This document shows positions 50,534 to 61,199 of a stretch of DNA of 64,000 bases, piece after piece (within the stretch, counting starts at the first letter, position 1; every line of letters starts with the position of its first letter). The translations under genes and the position numbers were made by a program. The DNA comes from an uncultured Candidatus Saccharibacteria bacterium. Lineage in GTDB: Bacteria; Patescibacteriota; Minisyncoccia; Portnoybacterales; UBA2143. The notes beneath the pieces were generated by a model that saw nothing but the letters and a program-made list of their open reading frames with translations, had not been told where the DNA came from and did no database searches. The DNA lies in the NCBI GenBank assembly GCA_964596615.1, contig CAZQUN010000003.1, positions 2,550-66,549 on the forward strand. Reading direction: 5' to 3'.

Positions 50534-51375
50534 TTTTTCTTTTTCTTTTTAACTCTTCTTTTAATAATCAACTTGCTGCTAATTTTTTTTCTTCTGGTCT
50601 TAACTCCATAAGCTAATTTACCCCAGGGTGTTTTTGGCCCCTTTCTTAAACCAATTGATTGCCGGTTTTCTCCGCCGCCATGAGGATGGTCAGCCGGATT
50701 CATAGCTGAACCCCTGACAGTTGGCCGGCGACCGAGCCAGCGACTCCGTCCGGCTTTACCGATAACAACGGTACCATGCTCTATATTACTCAACTGACCA
50801 ATACTGGCAAAACACTTATCCTGAACTAATCTTATCTCGCCGGAAGACATTTTTAACTGGGTATAGCCATTATCATGAGACATAACCTGAAGATAATTAC
50901 CGGCGCTTCGAGCTATTTGACCGCCCTTCATAGGCATTAGCTCAGCGTTATAGACCTGAGTTCCGGGAGAAATATTAATTAAATGCATCCGATTGCCAAT
51001 TTTAGGAGAAGTTTTTTCCTGGCAAACTATATTCTGTCCTTTTTTTAATCCTTCCGGGGCAAGAATATATCTTTTTTCCCCGTCCTGGTAATGAAGAAGG
51101 GCGATAAAAGCGGTTCGATTCGGGTCATATTCAACGGAAGCAACCTTAGCAGGAATACCCAACTTATCATGTCTCTTGAAATCAATCAATCGATATTTCC
51201 TCTTATGACCGCCGCCCTTGTGCCTGGTTGTTATCCGGCCACGATAACCCCGGCCAGATTTCTTGTTTAACTTCTTAGTTAATTTCCTTTCTGGCTTTTT
51301 CTTGTTTAGAGAAGAATAGTCAACTGATGTCATTCCTCTTCTTCCCGGGCTGGTTGGCTTATGTCTTTTAATCAT
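50530..51375 (-). CDS. rplB: 50S ribosomal protein L2
   Basis: [22 protein letters not shown]. Confidence 0.9.
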   Translation of the reverse strand: MIKRHKPTSPGRRGMTSVDYSSLNKKKPERKLTKKLNKKSGRGYRGRITTRHKGGGHKRKYRLIDFKRHDKLGIPAKVASVEYDPNRTAFIALLHYQDGEKRYILAPEGLKKGQNIVCQEKTSPKIGNRMHLINISPGTQVYNAELMPMKGGQIARSAGNYLQVMSHDNGYTQLKMSSGEIRLVQDKCFASIGQLSNIEHGTVVIGKAGRSRWLGRRPTVRGSAMNPADHPHGGGENRQSIGLRKGPKTPWGKLAYGVKTRRKKISSKLIIKRRVKKKKKK

Positions 51376-51376
51376 A

Positions 51377-51808
51377 TTATCTTGGCAATAACTCTATTTT
51401 ATCCCCTTCTCTTAGGGTAACAATTGCTTTTTTAAATCCTTTTTTTAACCCATGTCTGAAACCCTGGCTTCTGCCCAATCTTCTCTTCTTTGGCGCTGAA
51501 TGAACAATATGGACATTTTCAACCTTAACTCCGTAAAGAGATTGAACAACTTTCTTAACTTCCGTCTTATTAGCCCTCGGGTAAATCCGGAAAACATATT
51601 TGTTCTTTTCAGCCAGAAAAGCAGCTTTTTCTGTAATATGGGGTCTTTTAATAATCCGGTAGGCGTTGAGGGCTTCTTTTTGACTAATTTTTACTTCTGG
51701 TTTTGCTTTCTTCTCTTTTTCTGGTTTTTGAGGGACTTTCAAAGCCGCCTTCTTTTTAACAGGTTTTTCCTCTTCTTTCTTTTTTTTGAATCTATCGAGT
51801 AAGGCCAT
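51377..51808 (-). CDS. rplW: 50S ribosomal protein L23 with N-terminal extension
   Basis: YRIIKRPHITEKAAFLAEKNKYVFRIYPRANKTEVKKVV. Confidence 0.8.
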   Translation of the reverse strand: MALLDRFKKKKEEEKPVKKKAALKVPQKPEKEKKAKPEVKISQKEALNAYRIIKRPHITEKAAFLAEKNKYVFRIYPRANKTEVKKVVQSLYGVKVENVHIVHSAPKKRRLGRSQGFRHGLKKGFKKAIVTLREGDKIELLPR

Positions 51809-52448
51809 ATGTCTTTTTAATCACTTTAATTACATCATCAGGTGATAAAATCATTAAATACCGATGGGATAAGATATCTAGAATATTTAAATTATCCGCT
51901 CCGATTACTTTAATTCTTGGGATATTGCGGCTAACCCGCGATATTTTTTCATCTTTTTTGGATGAAATGATTAACATCCCTTTGTTCAAATCTTTTTTAA
52001 TCTTTTCTGATAGATTGATTATGAACTGGCTCATTTTTTTTGTTTTAATCTCACTAATTTCCAGATTATCAATTAAGACCAATTCTTTATCCTTAACTTT
52101 AGATGATAAAACCATACAAAGAGCTTTTCTTTTTACTTTCCTATTAACCTTCTTGGAAAAAACTCTTTCTTTGGTTGGCCCGAAGGTTACTCCGCCGCCC
52201 TTCCAGATTGGTGAACGGATTGAACCGTGCCTGGCTCGGCCGGTTCCCTTTTGCCGCCAGGGCTTTCTGCCGCCGCCTCTTTTCTCGCTTCTATCTTTAG
52301 TATGGGCAATGGCTTTTCTTGAATTAGCCATTTGGGCGACAGCCGCCTGGTGAACTAAATCATTATTAACCTCTAATCCAAAAATCTCTTCGGGTAAATC
52401 CGTTTTTGAAACTTCTTCGCCTTTTTGATTATAGACTATTTCTTTCAT
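51792..52448 (-). CDS. rplD: 50S ribosomal protein L4
   Basis: GGGRKPWRQKGTGRARHGSIRSPIWKGGGVTFGP. Confidence 0.85.
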   Translation of the reverse strand: MKEIVYNQKGEEVSKTDLPEEIFGLEVNNDLVHQAAVAQMANSRKAIAHTKDRSEKRGGGRKPWRQKGTGRARHGSIRSPIWKGGGVTFGPTKERVFSKKVNRKVKRKALCMVLSSKVKDKELVLIDNLEISEIKTKKMSQFIINLSEKIKKDLNKGMLIISSKKDEKISRVSRNIPRIKVIGADNLNILDILSHRYLMILSPDDVIKVIKKTYGLTR

Positions 52449-53194
52449 TTTTCTTGTTCTGGTTTATCTTCTTTCTTTTCTTCCTTTTTGCCGCCTTTCT
52501 TTTCCTGGGCTTCTTTTTCCATTTGCTCTAAAGCAGCAATGGTTTTTTCCTGCTCCTCTTCTTGAACAGTCTCAATTTCTTTGGTTGTAATAATCTCCAA
52601 AAGGGTTTCCTTTCTTCCTGGGATTGCTCCTTTGATAGCCAAAAGATTTTCTTCCTCATCAATCTGGGCGATTTTTAATCCATCAACTGTTATTCGGTCG
52701 TTTCCCATCCGTCCGGCCATTTTCTTGCCCTTGAAAACTCTTTGAGGAAAAGCTGAACCAATTGAACCAGGCGCTCTTAAACCGTGCTTTGTTCCATGAG
52801 ATGCTGGAAAGCCGGAGAAGCCATGTCTTTTGACTACTCCCTGGAATCCTTTTCCTTTGGAAATTCCGGAAACGCGGACTATTTCCCCCTGATTAAAAAT
52901 TGAGACCTTGATAATATCATTGATTTTCAAATCGCTGTTTTTAAATTCTTTTAAATAGCGGTAATTCTTTTTTAGGCCGGCTTTTTTAAAATGCCCCTTT
53001 TGGGGCTTTCTGACATTCTTTTCCTTAATATTATCAAAACCAATCTGAACCGCAGAATAGCCGTCCTTTTCCTCTGTTTTAACAGAAACAACCGGACAAG
53101 GCCCAGCCTCAACTAAGGTCACTGGAACAACTTGACCGTTTTCATCAAAAATCTGACTCATACCAATTTTTTTACCTAATATGAATTTTGCCAT
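52445..53194 (-). CDS. rplC: 50S ribosomal protein L3 with Glu/Lys-rich C-terminal tail
   Basis: MAKFILGKKIGMSQIFDENGQVVPVTLVEAGPC. Confidence 0.9.
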   Translation of the reverse strand: MAKFILGKKIGMSQIFDENGQVVPVTLVEAGPCPVVSVKTEEKDGYSAVQIGFDNIKEKNVRKPQKGHFKKAGLKKNYRYLKEFKNSDLKINDIIKVSIFNQGEIVRVSGISKGKGFQGVVKRHGFSGFPASHGTKHGLRAPGSIGSAFPQRVFKGKKMAGRMGNDRITVDGLKIAQIDEEENLLAIKGAIPGRKETLLEIITTKEIETVQEEEQEKTIAALEQMEKEAQEKKGGKKEEKKEDKPEQEK

Positions 53195-53251
53195 ATTTAT
53201 CTAAATTTTCGAGTCATTTTGACAAAGAAAATTTAGTTTTAAATCTGAGCA

Positions 53252-53386
53252 CCCCGCCCCCTATGCCCTAACAAAGACTAAAGAGTAAAAGTTAGAATCT
53301 AGGGGGCGGGGTAAAGGTTTTGTAATCCCGACTTAAAGTCGGGAACAAAGCCCTTTACAAGTAAAAACCGGGGACTGTCCCCGGTT
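53252..53386 (-). promoter_or_regulatory. Structured leader/spacer between rpsJ and rplC: 12-bp perfect inverted repeat, a second hairpin and a terminator-like hairpin with T-run
   Basis: CCCCGCCCCCTA ...36 nt... TAGGGGGCGGGG (53252-53311); CCCGAC ttaaa GTCGGG; minus-strand ACCGGGGA cag TCCCCGGT followed by T5 (53362-53386). Confidence 0.4.
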
Positions 53387-53420
53387 AAAAGAAAACTAAT
53401 CCCTGTCATCCAATCGTGCG

Positions 53421-53753
53421 TTACATCATTTTAATTTCAACATCAACGCCTGCCGGAAGACTTAATTCCATCAAAGAGTCAATTACCTTTGCTCCAGGAT
53501 TGATAATATCAATTAATCTCTTATGAACTCTCATTTCGTATTGCTCGCGAGAATCCTTATGGACAAAAGTAGAACGATTGACGGTATATTTATGAATCTC
53601 AGTCGGTAAGGGAACTGGTCCGACAATATCTGCTCCATAACGATTAACTACTTCGATAATCTGTTTTACCGACTGGTCAATAAGTTTGTGATCGTATGCC
53701 TGGATTCGGATACGAATTTTCTGCTTAATATCTTCTTCTTTTTTAGGTGCCAT
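53421..53753 (-). CDS. rpsJ: 30S ribosomal protein S10
   Basis: [16 protein letters not shown]...HKRLIDII. Confidence 0.9.
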   Translation of the reverse strand: MAPKKEEDIKQKIRIRIQAYDHKLIDQSVKQIIEVVNRYGADIVGPVPLPTEIHKYTVNRSTFVHKDSREQYEMRVHKRLIDIINPGAKVIDSLMELSLPAGVDVEIKMM

Positions 53754-53835
53754 CTTTAATTTATCCTAGTTTCAACCCCGCCATCTGCCTAAGGGCAAAG
53801 GCGGGGCTGATAAAATTCCACCTTAAGACAAGGAA

Positions 53836-55035
53836 TTACTTGATTATTTTAGTAACTACACCAGCGCCAACTGTCTTTCCGCCTTCCCTGATAGCAAATC
53901 GCTGTTTGGCTTCCAGAGCAACCGGTGAAGTCAGTTTAACCTTAAGATTGACTGTATCGCCCGGCATAACCATCTCGGTTCCTTCCGGTAGAGTAACTTC
54001 TCCGGTAACATCGGTTGTTCTAATGTAGAATTGAGGCTTGTATCCCTTAAAGAATGGAGTGTGTCTTCCACCTTCCTCTTTGGAGAGAACGTAAATCTCG
54101 CCTTCAAATTCCTGATGAGGAGTGACTGAACCCGGTTTAACCAGAACCTGACCTCTTTCAATATCTTCTCTTTTAAGACCCCTTAAAAGAATGCCGGCGT
54201 TGTCTCCAGCTTGTCCTTCTTCAAGAGACTTGTTAAACATCTCTATTCCGGTGACAACTGTCTTCTGGGTATCTTTCATTCCGACAATTTCAATCTCATC
54301 ATTAATTTTAAGTCTACCTCTTTCAATCCGGCCGGTAGCAACCGTTCCTCGTCCTTCAATTGAAAAGACATCCTCAACCGGCATTAAGAAATCCTCGTCA
54401 ACCGGACGGGTTGGCTCGGAAATATGCTCATCAGCTTTTTTCATTAATTCCAGGATTGGACCGCATTTTGAACAATCATCTTTACCGCAACCGCATTCAA
54501 GAGCCTGAAGGGCTGAACCGCGAACAATGGGAATATTTTCCCCATCATACTCGTATTTGCTCAAAAGTTCTCTAATTTCCTGTTCAACCAAGTCAACTAA
54601 CTCGGGGTCATCAGCCTGGTCAACCTTGTTCAAAAAGACAATCAAGGCCGGCAGACCAACCTGGCGGGCCAAGAGAATATGTTCTCTTGTCTGCGGCATT
54701 GCTCCATCAGGCGCCGAAACAACTAAAATTGCTCCGTCCATCTGAGCAGCGCCGGTAATCATGTTTTTGATGTAGTCAGCATGACCCGGACAGTCAATAT
54801 GGGCATAGTGCCTTTTCTCTGTCTCGTATTCAACATGAGAGACAGCAATAGTCAAACCCCGCTCCTTTTCTTCCGGAGCGTTATCAATCTGATCAACATT
54901 CTTGCTTTGGGCAGTAAAACCGGCAGCAGCCAAACACTTTAAAATGGCAGCTGTTAAAGTGGTCTTACCATGGTCAACATGACCAATTGTCCCGATGTTG
55001 ATGTGTGGTTTTGTTCTTTCGAATTTTTCAGCCAT
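53836..55035 (-). CDS. tuf: Elongation factor Tu
   Basis: [26 protein letters not shown]; 399 aa. Confidence 0.95.
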   Translation of the reverse strand: MAEKFERTKPHINIGTIGHVDHGKTTLTAAILKCLAAAGFTAQSKNVDQIDNAPEEKERGLTIAVSHVEYETEKRHYAHIDCPGHADYIKNMITGAAQMDGAILVVSAPDGAMPQTREHILLARQVGLPALIVFLNKVDQADDPELVDLVEQEIRELLSKYEYDGENIPIVRGSALQALECGCGKDDCSKCGPILELMKKADEHISEPTRPVDEDFLMPVEDVFSIEGRGTVATGRIERGRLKINDEIEIVGMKDTQKTVVTGIEMFNKSLEEGQAGDNAGILLRGLKREDIERGQVLVKPGSVTPHQEFEGEIYVLSKEEGGRHTPFFKGYKPQFYIRTTDVTGEVTLPEGTEMVMPGDTVNLKVKLTSPVALEAKQRFAIREGGKTVGAGVVTKIIK

Positions 55036-55177
55036 AATGGCACTTTACAAAAAATATTAGATAAAAGACAACAAAAAACTCAATTGGCTCCTATCCAAAA
55101 TTTCTTGCTAATATTAATATATTTATTTGTCTTTCTTATAAACAAATCTTACAAAAAATATTTTGAATAGTCAATAC

Positions 55178-55405
55178 CTAAAAAGGCAAATCTTCAACTC
55201 TGACTTCCTGATTTTCTGGCTGTGTCATTTCAACCTCCTGCTTTTCCTCGGATTCTTCAGCTTTGAGATGGTCAATATCGCGATTAACCTTTTCGGTTTC
55301 ATCGCCGTTCTCTAGTTTCTTAACCAGATAGGACGGCTGACCTTCTTCTATTATGATACACTGATCTCCCTCCTTTTGCAAGATTCTTTTTATTTTATCC
55401 CACAT
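55178..55405 (-). CDS. Hypothetical small acidic protein (75 aa) between fusA and tuf
   Basis: ATG lies 1 nt after the fusA stop. Its SD GGAGGGG is embedded in the last fusA codons. Acidic C-terminal tail. Confidence 0.45.
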   Translation of the reverse strand: MWDKIKRILQKEGDQCIIIEEGQPSYLVKKLENGDETEKVNRDIDHLKAEESEEKQEVEMTQPENQEVRVEDLPF

Positions 55406-55406
55406 A

Positions 55407-57512
55407 TTATTTCTCCCCTCCAATTATTTCCTCAGCAATGTTTTTAGGAACCTCGGCGTAATGGTCAAATTCCATGGTGAAATTGGCTCGTCCCTGGCTC
55501 ATTGAACGCAACTGAGTTGCATAACCAAACATGCTTGCCAGAGGAACCTTGGCATCAATAACCTTGGTTTTGTTGACCCCTTCACCCCGGTCTTCCATTT
55601 TTTCAATCCGACCTCTTTTGGCATTCAAATCGCCAACAATGTCACCCATAAATTGTTCCGGGGTAACGACTTCCAGTTTCATAACCGGTTCTAAGATAAT
55701 TGGGTCAGATCTTTTAACTGCCTCCTGAAGAGCAAGCGAACCGGCAATCTTAAAAGCCGCCTCTGATGAATCAACTTCATGAAAAGAGCCATCGTAAAGG
55801 GTTGCCTTGATATCAACTAAAGGATAACCGGCCAGAATACCTTTGTCGAGTGCTTCTTTAATACCTTTTTCAACAGCCGGAATATATTCCTGGGGAATAA
55901 CGCCGCCTTTAATTTTATCAATAAATTCAAATCCCTGACCCTGTTCCTGGGGTTCGGTCTTTATCCAGACATGACCATATTGGCCTCGACCACCGGTCTG
56001 CTTAATATATTTCCCTTCGGCTTCAGCAGTTCCTTTAATTGTTTCTTTGTAAGCAACTTGGGGTTTGCCAATATTGGCCTCAACGCTGAATTCCCTCAGC
56101 ATCCGGTCAACCAGAACTTCTAAATGAAGCTCGCCCATGCCGGAAATGATGGTCTGGCCGGTTTCCGGGTCGCCTTTAACCTGAAAGGTTGGGTCTTCTT
56201 CTGCCAATCGCCTTAAAGCCAAAGCCATTTTCTCCTGGTCAGCTTTGGTTTTGGGCTCAATCGCGATAGAAATAACCGGTTCAGGAAACTCAATCTTTTC
56301 TAAAATGACCGGGTGGTCAGTATCAGTTAATGTATTGCCGGTTGTTGTTCCTTTCAAACCGACAATAGCAGCAATATCTCCGGCGTAAATTTCCTTGACT
56401 TCTTCCCTCTTATTGGCATGCATCCGGACAATTCGGCCAACTCTTTCTTTTTTGTTGGTCGTAGCGTTTAAAATGTAGGAGCCGCTTTCAAGTGTGCCGG
56501 AATAGGTTCTGAAATATGTTAATTGGCCGACATAGGGATCAGTCGCAACCTTAAAAGCCAAGGCAGAAAAAGGAGCATCATCCTTAGTCTCCCGAACAAC
56601 TTCTTTTTCGGTCTTAGGCTCAATTCCTTTAACAGCTGGTAAATCAATTGGTGAAGGAAGGTAGTTAATGATGGCGTCTAGAAGAGTTTCAACAATTACT
56701 CCCCGTCCATCACCGCTAAAGACCGGAAAGAAATTTCCGGCCAAAGTGCTTTTTCTGATGGCTTGAACAAATTCGTCTTCTGAAATCTCTTTTCCATCCA
56801 GATATTTCTCAGCCAGTTTATCATCTATTTCAATCGCCTTTTCAAGCAATTCATTTCTGTATTTCTCCGCCTTTTCCTTTAAATCATCCGGAATTTCTTC
56901 TTCAGTTAGTTCCTTGTCATGGAAATCCTTGTAAAGATAGGCTTTCATTTTAACTAAATCAACTACACCAGAAATATCCTTTTCAAAGCCAATTGGCAAC
57001 TGGACCGGGAATGCGTTAGAGCTTAATCTTTCTCTGACAGAATCCAGGCTTTTGTAAAAATCTCCGCCAGTTTGGTTAATTTTATTAATAAAGCACATTC
57101 GGGGAACGCCGAACTTGTCTGCCTGGCGCCAGACTGTCTCTGACTGGGGCTCAACTCCCATTTTGCCGTCAAAAACAACAACCGCCCCGTCTAAAACCCT
57201 TAAAGAACGCTGGACCTCAGCCGTAAAATCAATATGGCCCGGGGTATCGATAATATTAATTTTGTATTCATCCTCGTTCGGATAATGTTTGGCTTTCCAG
57301 AAACAAGTTGTGGCCGCAGAGGTAATGGTAATTCCTCTTTCCCTTTCCTGAGCCATCCAGTCCATCTGGGTATCGCCCTCGTGAACTGCCCCAATCTTAT
57401 GTGTTCTCCCGGTTAAATACAAAACACCCTCCGTTACCGTAGTCTTTCCGGCATCAATATGGGCAATGATGCCAATGTTTCTGGTTTTCTCTAATGAATA
57501 TTTTCTCGGCAT
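55407..57512 (-). CDS. fusA: Elongation factor G
   Basis: [21 protein letters not shown]-type GTPase motifs; 701 aa. Confidence 0.95.
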   Translation of the reverse strand: MPRKYSLEKTRNIGIIAHIDAGKTTVTEGVLYLTGRTHKIGAVHEGDTQMDWMAQERERGITITSAATTCFWKAKHYPNEDEYKINIIDTPGHIDFTAEVQRSLRVLDGAVVVFDGKMGVEPQSETVWRQADKFGVPRMCFINKINQTGGDFYKSLDSVRERLSSNAFPVQLPIGFEKDISGVVDLVKMKAYLYKDFHDKELTEEEIPDDLKEKAEKYRNELLEKAIEIDDKLAEKYLDGKEISEDEFVQAIRKSTLAGNFFPVFSGDGRGVIVETLLDAIINYLPSPIDLPAVKGIEPKTEKEVVRETKDDAPFSALAFKVATDPYVGQLTYFRTYSGTLESGSYILNATTNKKERVGRIVRMHANKREEVKEIYAGDIAAIVGLKGTTTGNTLTDTDHPVILEKIEFPEPVISIAIEPKTKADQEKMALALRRLAEEDPTFQVKGDPETGQTIISGMGELHLEVLVDRMLREFSVEANIGKPQVAYKETIKGTAEAEGKYIKQTGGRGQYGHVWIKTEPQEQGQGFEFIDKIKGGVIPQEYIPAVEKGIKEALDKGILAGYPLVDIKATLYDGSFHEVDSSEAAFKIAGSLALQEAVKRSDPIILEPVMKLEVVTPEQFMGDIVGDLNAKRGRIEKMEDRGEGVNKTKVIDAKVPLASMFGYATQLRSMSQGRANFTMEFDHYAEVPKNIAEEIIGGEK

Positions 57513-57518
57513 AACTAT

Positions 57519-57989
57519 TTACCAGCCAAAATGAGCGAAAGCCTTGTTAGCCTCAGCAATCTTATGAGTATCTTCTTTCTTCCTGACTGCTGTTCCTTCA
57601 TTCTTTGAGGCCTCAATCAATTCCCTGGCTAATTTTTCCGCCATCGGCTTTCCTTTGCCTGATTTAGCGGCTTTAATAATCCAGCGCATGGCCAGATTAA
57701 TTTTTCTTTCCCCCCGGACTTCTCTTGGAACCTGGTAACGGGCTCCGCCAATTCTTCTTGACCGAACCTCAACCAGAGGAGAAGCGTTTTTGATTGCCAA
57801 ATCAAAAACATCAAGAACTTCTTTGCCCTTGGTCTGTTTTTTAATAATATCAAAAGCCCCGTAGACAACTTTTTGAGCAGTGGATTTTTTTCCGTCTTTC
57901 ATCAAATGATTGATAAATTTAGCGACTAACTCATTGTTGTGCTTTGGGTCTGGTTTAATATCTTTTTTGTATTTTCTTTTCCTTCGCAT
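57519..57989 (-). CDS. rpsG: 30S ribosomal protein S7
   Basis: 156 aa; S7 motifs and position in the str operon. Confidence 0.9.
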   Translation of the reverse strand: MRRKRKYKKDIKPDPKHNNELVAKFINHLMKDGKKSTAQKVVYGAFDIIKKQTKGKEVLDVFDLAIKNASPLVEVRSRRIGGARYQVPREVRGERKINLAMRWIIKAAKSGKGKPMAEKLARELIEASKNEGTAVRKKEDTHKIAEANKAFAHFGW

Positions 57990-57991
57990 AA

Positions 57992-58483
57992 TTATTCAGC
58001 TGGTTTTTCCTCGGCTGGTTCAGAAACAGCTTCAGGCGCGGCTTCTTCGCCGCTACTTGCCGGAGCTTTACCAGATTTTTGTTTTTTAGCTCCATATTTG
58101 CTTCTTTTCTGCCTTCTGCCTTCAACTCCAGAAGTGTCTAAAACACCCCGGACAACATGGTAGCGAACACCGGGTAAATCCTTAACTCTTCCGCCCCGGA
58201 TCATGACAACGGAGTGTTCTTGTAAATTATGTCCCTCGCCGGGAATATAGGCGGTAACTTCCATGCCGTTGGTTAAACGGATTCGGGCAACCTTTCTTAA
58301 AGCCGAATTCGGCTTTTTTGGAGTAACGGTATAGACCTTGGTACAGACCCCTCTTTTAAAAGGTGAAGAATATTTGGTTGGCCGGTTCTTTTTTAAATTA
58401 AAACCGCGCCGTAGAGCTGGCGCTTTCGGTTTTGCTTTAGGAGCCTGTCTTTTTCTTTTAACTAATTGATGAATTGTTGGCAT
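57992..58483 (-). CDS. rpsL: 30S ribosomal protein S12 with ~35-aa Ala/Glu/Pro-rich C-terminal extension
   Basis: [12 protein letters not shown]...[19 protein letters not shown]. The tail is absent from typical 124-aa S12. Confidence 0.9.
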   Translation of the reverse strand: MPTIHQLVKRKRQAPKAKPKAPALRRGFNLKKNRPTKYSSPFKRGVCTKVYTVTPKKPNSALRKVARIRLTNGMEVTAYIPGEGHNLQEHSVVMIRGGRVKDLPGVRYHVVRGVLDTSGVEGRRQKRSKYGAKKQKSGKAPASSGEEAAPEAVSEPAEEKPAE

Positions 58484-58519
58484 TTAAATCCGGCAAGGCA
58501 CAAAAAAACAACCCGCCAC

Positions 58520-58560
58520 TTGAATTAAGATAAGTTTAAGATAGCAGATTGTTTTATTAG
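58520..58560 (-). promoter_or_regulatory. Sigma70-like promoter of the str operon (TTGACA-17-TATCTT)
   Basis: Minus strand TTGACActaataaaacaatctgcTATCTT upstream of rpsL. Confidence 0.35.
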
Positions 58561-58575
58561 TGTCAATTAAGAATC

Positions 58576-59433
58576 TCACTTTTTCATCTGCCGGATAACC
58601 CGTTGGGGAAACGGGATCTCGATTCCTTCCCGGTCAAAAGCATCCTTGATTCTTTTTCTCAACTCGCCTAAAGCGCCCCATTGTTCAAGCGGTTTGACTT
58701 CGCCAGATATCTTAATATCAACCGAAGATGCTCCAAAATTATCAACCCGAACAAATTCAGGCGCTTTTAAAATTTTGTCTTTCCATTCCGGGTCCTTAGC
58801 CATTTCCCGACCAACATTATTAACAACCTCTTTAAGCTTTTCAATATCAGTATCATAGGCAACGCCAATAACCAGATTAACCCGGGCAAATCCCTTAGTC
58901 TTATTAGTTGCAATCTTAATTTCGCCGTTGGGAATATGGTGGACTGCTCCTTCGGCATCTCTTAAAATGGTTGTTCTTAAATTAATGTCTTCAACGCTTC
59001 CGCAAACATCTCCAACGCAGATAACATCACCAACCCGATACTGGTTTTCCAGAATTGTGAAAAGACCGGTGAAAAAATCACGGATAATATATTGAGCGCC
59101 AAAGCCGACTGCCAAACCAATCACACCGGCCCCGGCTAAAAGCGGACCAATATTTATTCCAAATTCAGCCGCAATCATTAAGGCGGCCGCTATCCAGATA
59201 ATGACTCTAAAAGTTCCGCTGAAAACAACAATTAAAGTATCTTCTCTTTTCTTTTCTGCTTCCGGGCTAAGGAAATTATCCGGCACAACCGCTTTTCTAA
59301 TAATTTTATCAATGACAACTCCGGCGAATCGGCGGATAATATAGGCGCCGATTAAAATGAAAACAATTTTAACCCCGTGGTTAAAGAACCACGGACTCAA
59401 TCCTTGAATAAATTTTTGGATAAAATCTGACAT
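58576..59433 (-). CDS. Mechanosensitive ion channel, MscS family
   Basis: Three TM helices then a beta-domain with the VGDVICVGDVCGSVEDINLRTTILR signature. Confidence 0.85.
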   Translation of the reverse strand: MSDFIQKFIQGLSPWFFNHGVKIVFILIGAYIIRRFAGVVIDKIIRKAVVPDNFLSPEAEKKREDTLIVVFSGTFRVIIWIAAALMIAAEFGINIGPLLAGAGVIGLAVGFGAQYIIRDFFTGLFTILENQYRVGDVICVGDVCGSVEDINLRTTILRDAEGAVHHIPNGEIKIATNKTKGFARVNLVIGVAYDTDIEKLKEVVNNVGREMAKDPEWKDKILKAPEFVRVDNFGASSVDIKISGEVKPLEQWGALGELRKRIKDAFDREGIEIPFPQRVIRQMKK

Positions 59434-60317
59434 TAATTTTTGATTTGTTCTAGTTTTACGAATAGACCGTAGTGATCTGATAAAGGAATTTTCTTTTTTG
59501 TCTTGTCAGGAGTAAACCAGATATCATCTAAGACTATTCTTGCATCAATCAACCTATATTTCTTTAAATAATCCTTTTTGTCAATAAAGATATGGTCAAC
59601 TCTTTGCGAAGGCGAAGACCTGAAAAAACCTAATTTATTAAAAATATTGTTTGAATCCCAGGTAAATTGAACTGGATCTTTTCCTTTTGCCTCTTCATCA
59701 ACAGCAAATGAATCATGGAAATCGTTTTCTATCATCTGATTATAGTTATCGATTGAGACCCGAGGACCCGCATTAAAATCGCCTGCCAGCAGATACGAAA
59801 CATTATTCTCGTCCTCTCTGACTGCCTTAATTAATTGTTCTATCTGATTCTTTCTAATTCTCTCGATATACTTGCTCTCTGGCCGGGAAAACAACCCCCT
59901 GGCTGTTGTATGAGTATTTACCAGCTTAACCTTATTTCCCAATGTGGTAGTCAGAAACCCCTTATTTAAAAATGGCCTCTCGAGATAATTGACACTATCA
60001 AACGGAGTAAACTCTTTATCAATAATCTCGCTTTTTGAAAAAGTTATCAGTCCACTTCTTGGAAATTCACGACTATCAGCAAAAGTATGATAAGGATAAT
60101 TTTCTTTTAATTGCTCGATTAAATACTCCTTATCCTCTTTAGAAAATACCTCTTGAAAAGCGATAATGTCTGGGTCTAATCTGATTACATTTTCAACAAT
60201 CTTCTCCAATCTTTGTTCTGGATATGGAATCGGTTGAAAAATTGGAATTCCTAAAAAACTGAAAGAGAGAGCAGCAACATTAATTGTTAAAATCGCAAGC
60301 ATATATTCAATATACAC
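59433..60317 (-). CDS. Endonuclease/exonuclease/phosphatase (EEP) family protein with N-terminal signal/anchor
   Basis: DIIAFQEV ... SDHYGLFVKL catalytic motifs. Confidence 0.8.
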   Translation of the reverse strand: MYIEYMLAILTINVAALSFSFLGIPIFQPIPYPEQRLEKIVENVIRLDPDIIAFQEVFSKEDKEYLIEQLKENYPYHTFADSREFPRSGLITFSKSEIIDKEFTPFDSVNYLERPFLNKGFLTTTLGNKVKLVNTHTTARGLFSRPESKYIERIRKNQIEQLIKAVREDENNVSYLLAGDFNAGPRVSIDNYNQMIENDFHDSFAVDEEAKGKDPVQFTWDSNNIFNKLGFFRSSPSQRVDHIFIDKKDYLKKYRLIDARIVLDDIWFTPDKTKKKIPLSDHYGLFVKLEQIKN

Positions 60318-60346
60318 AAAAACATGACTGATGGCAATAATCTAGG

Positions 60347-60775
60347 CTATTTCAGATTTTCTAATCTTTTATTAACAAACTTTTCTATAAAATCAACCAT
60401 TTCCTTTTTTGCTTCTGGCGGACTCTCTGCAACCCAACGAGCAAAATTATATAGCTCGGTTGTATTAGATTTAAGCCATTTATTATTTGAATGCAAAAAA
60501 ACAAACAAGGTTGTTATGGCAATCCTTTTGTTTCCATTTTTGAACGGATGGTTTTTTATTAGCAGGTAAAATAAAATAGCAGCTTTCCTCTCTAATCCTT
60601 TGTACAGATATTTCTTATTAAATTTCTGGAAAGGCGCTGCGATACAACTCTCCAAGACATTAGGATATCTGGTCTCGAAATCAGGGATTGGTTCGTCCCA
60701 ACTCATTGTCTGAACAGCAAGCTCGTGAGCAATATGCTTAATTCTCTCAATTGTAATATTTTTTATCCTACTCAT
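60347..60775 (-). CDS. Fic/Doc family protein, Doc-type motif (HxFxNGNKR)
   Basis: IKNHPFKNGNKRIAITTLFVFL matches the Doc kinase motif better than the Fic HPFx[DE]GNGR motif. Overlaps the upstream HTH gene. Confidence 0.7.
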   Translation of the reverse strand: MSRIKNITIERIKHIAHELAVQTMSWDEPIPDFETRYPNVLESCIAAPFQKFNKKYLYKGLERKAAILFYLLIKNHPFKNGNKRIAITTLFVFLHSNNKWLKSNTTELYNFARWVAESPPEAKKEMVDFIEKFVNKRLENLK

Positions 60776-61040
60776 TTCCAAGCATCTTAAGGGTTTCGCC
60801 ATATTCTTTGATTACCTTAGCAACACCCTTTTTAATTTCATTCTTATCTTTGTCGCTTAGCTCTTTGGAAATAATATTATCTATATCCTTTTTATAGATA
60901 ATATAGTTTCTTCCCATCTTTTCGGCTTTTATCTGACCCTTTTTAATCTTATTAAAAACGGCGACGCGACTGATGCCTAAAATATCAGCTAGTTCTTTGA
61001 CTGTGTAATAGTTTTTGTTTTTCATATTTTTGTTAATCAT
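60768..61040 (-). CDS. Helix-turn-helix DNA-binding protein (excisionase/MerR-like HTH), putative antitoxin/regulator
   Basis: YYTVKELADILGISRVAVFNKIKKGQIKAEKMGRNYIIYKKDI. Start uncertain (61025, 61040 or 61058). Confidence 0.6.
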   Translation of the reverse strand: MINKNMKNKNYYTVKELADILGISRVAVFNKIKKGQIKAEKMGRNYIIYKKDIDNIISKELSDKDKNEIKKGVAKVIKEYGETLKMLGNE

Positions 61041-61048
61041 ATATCTAA

Positions 61049-61086
61049 AAGTTAACATATGTTAACTTTGCTGTCAATAGTTAACA
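61049..61086. promoter_or_regulatory. Operator-like perfect 20-bp palindrome (AAGTTAACATATGTTAACTT) plus a third GTTAAC half-site and a TTGACA -35 element
   Basis: Perfect inverted repeat at 61049-61068. TAGTTAAC at 61078-61085. Minus-strand TTGACA at 61072-61077. Lies immediately upstream of the HTH gene. Confidence 0.5.
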
Positions 61087-61124
61087 AAAACACCATTAAT
61101 TAAAATGGTATTTTGTGAATCCTG

Positions 61125-61196
61125 GGTGCCCGGAGGGAGTTGAACCCTCGTCGCTAGTTCCACAAACTAGAGCTCTACCGTTGAGCTACGAGCACC
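61125..61196 (-). tRNA. tRNA-His (anticodon GUG) with encoded G-1
   Basis: Minus strand G-GTGCTCG-TA-GCTC-AACGGTA-GAGC..., anticodon loop TTGTGGA, T-arm GAGGG-TTCAACT-CCCTC, discriminator C pairing G-1. Confidence 0.85.
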
Positions 61197-61199
61197 ATC

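Noticed and set aside
51925-52353. 142-aa plus-strand ORF
   Set aside because: Antisense to rplD.
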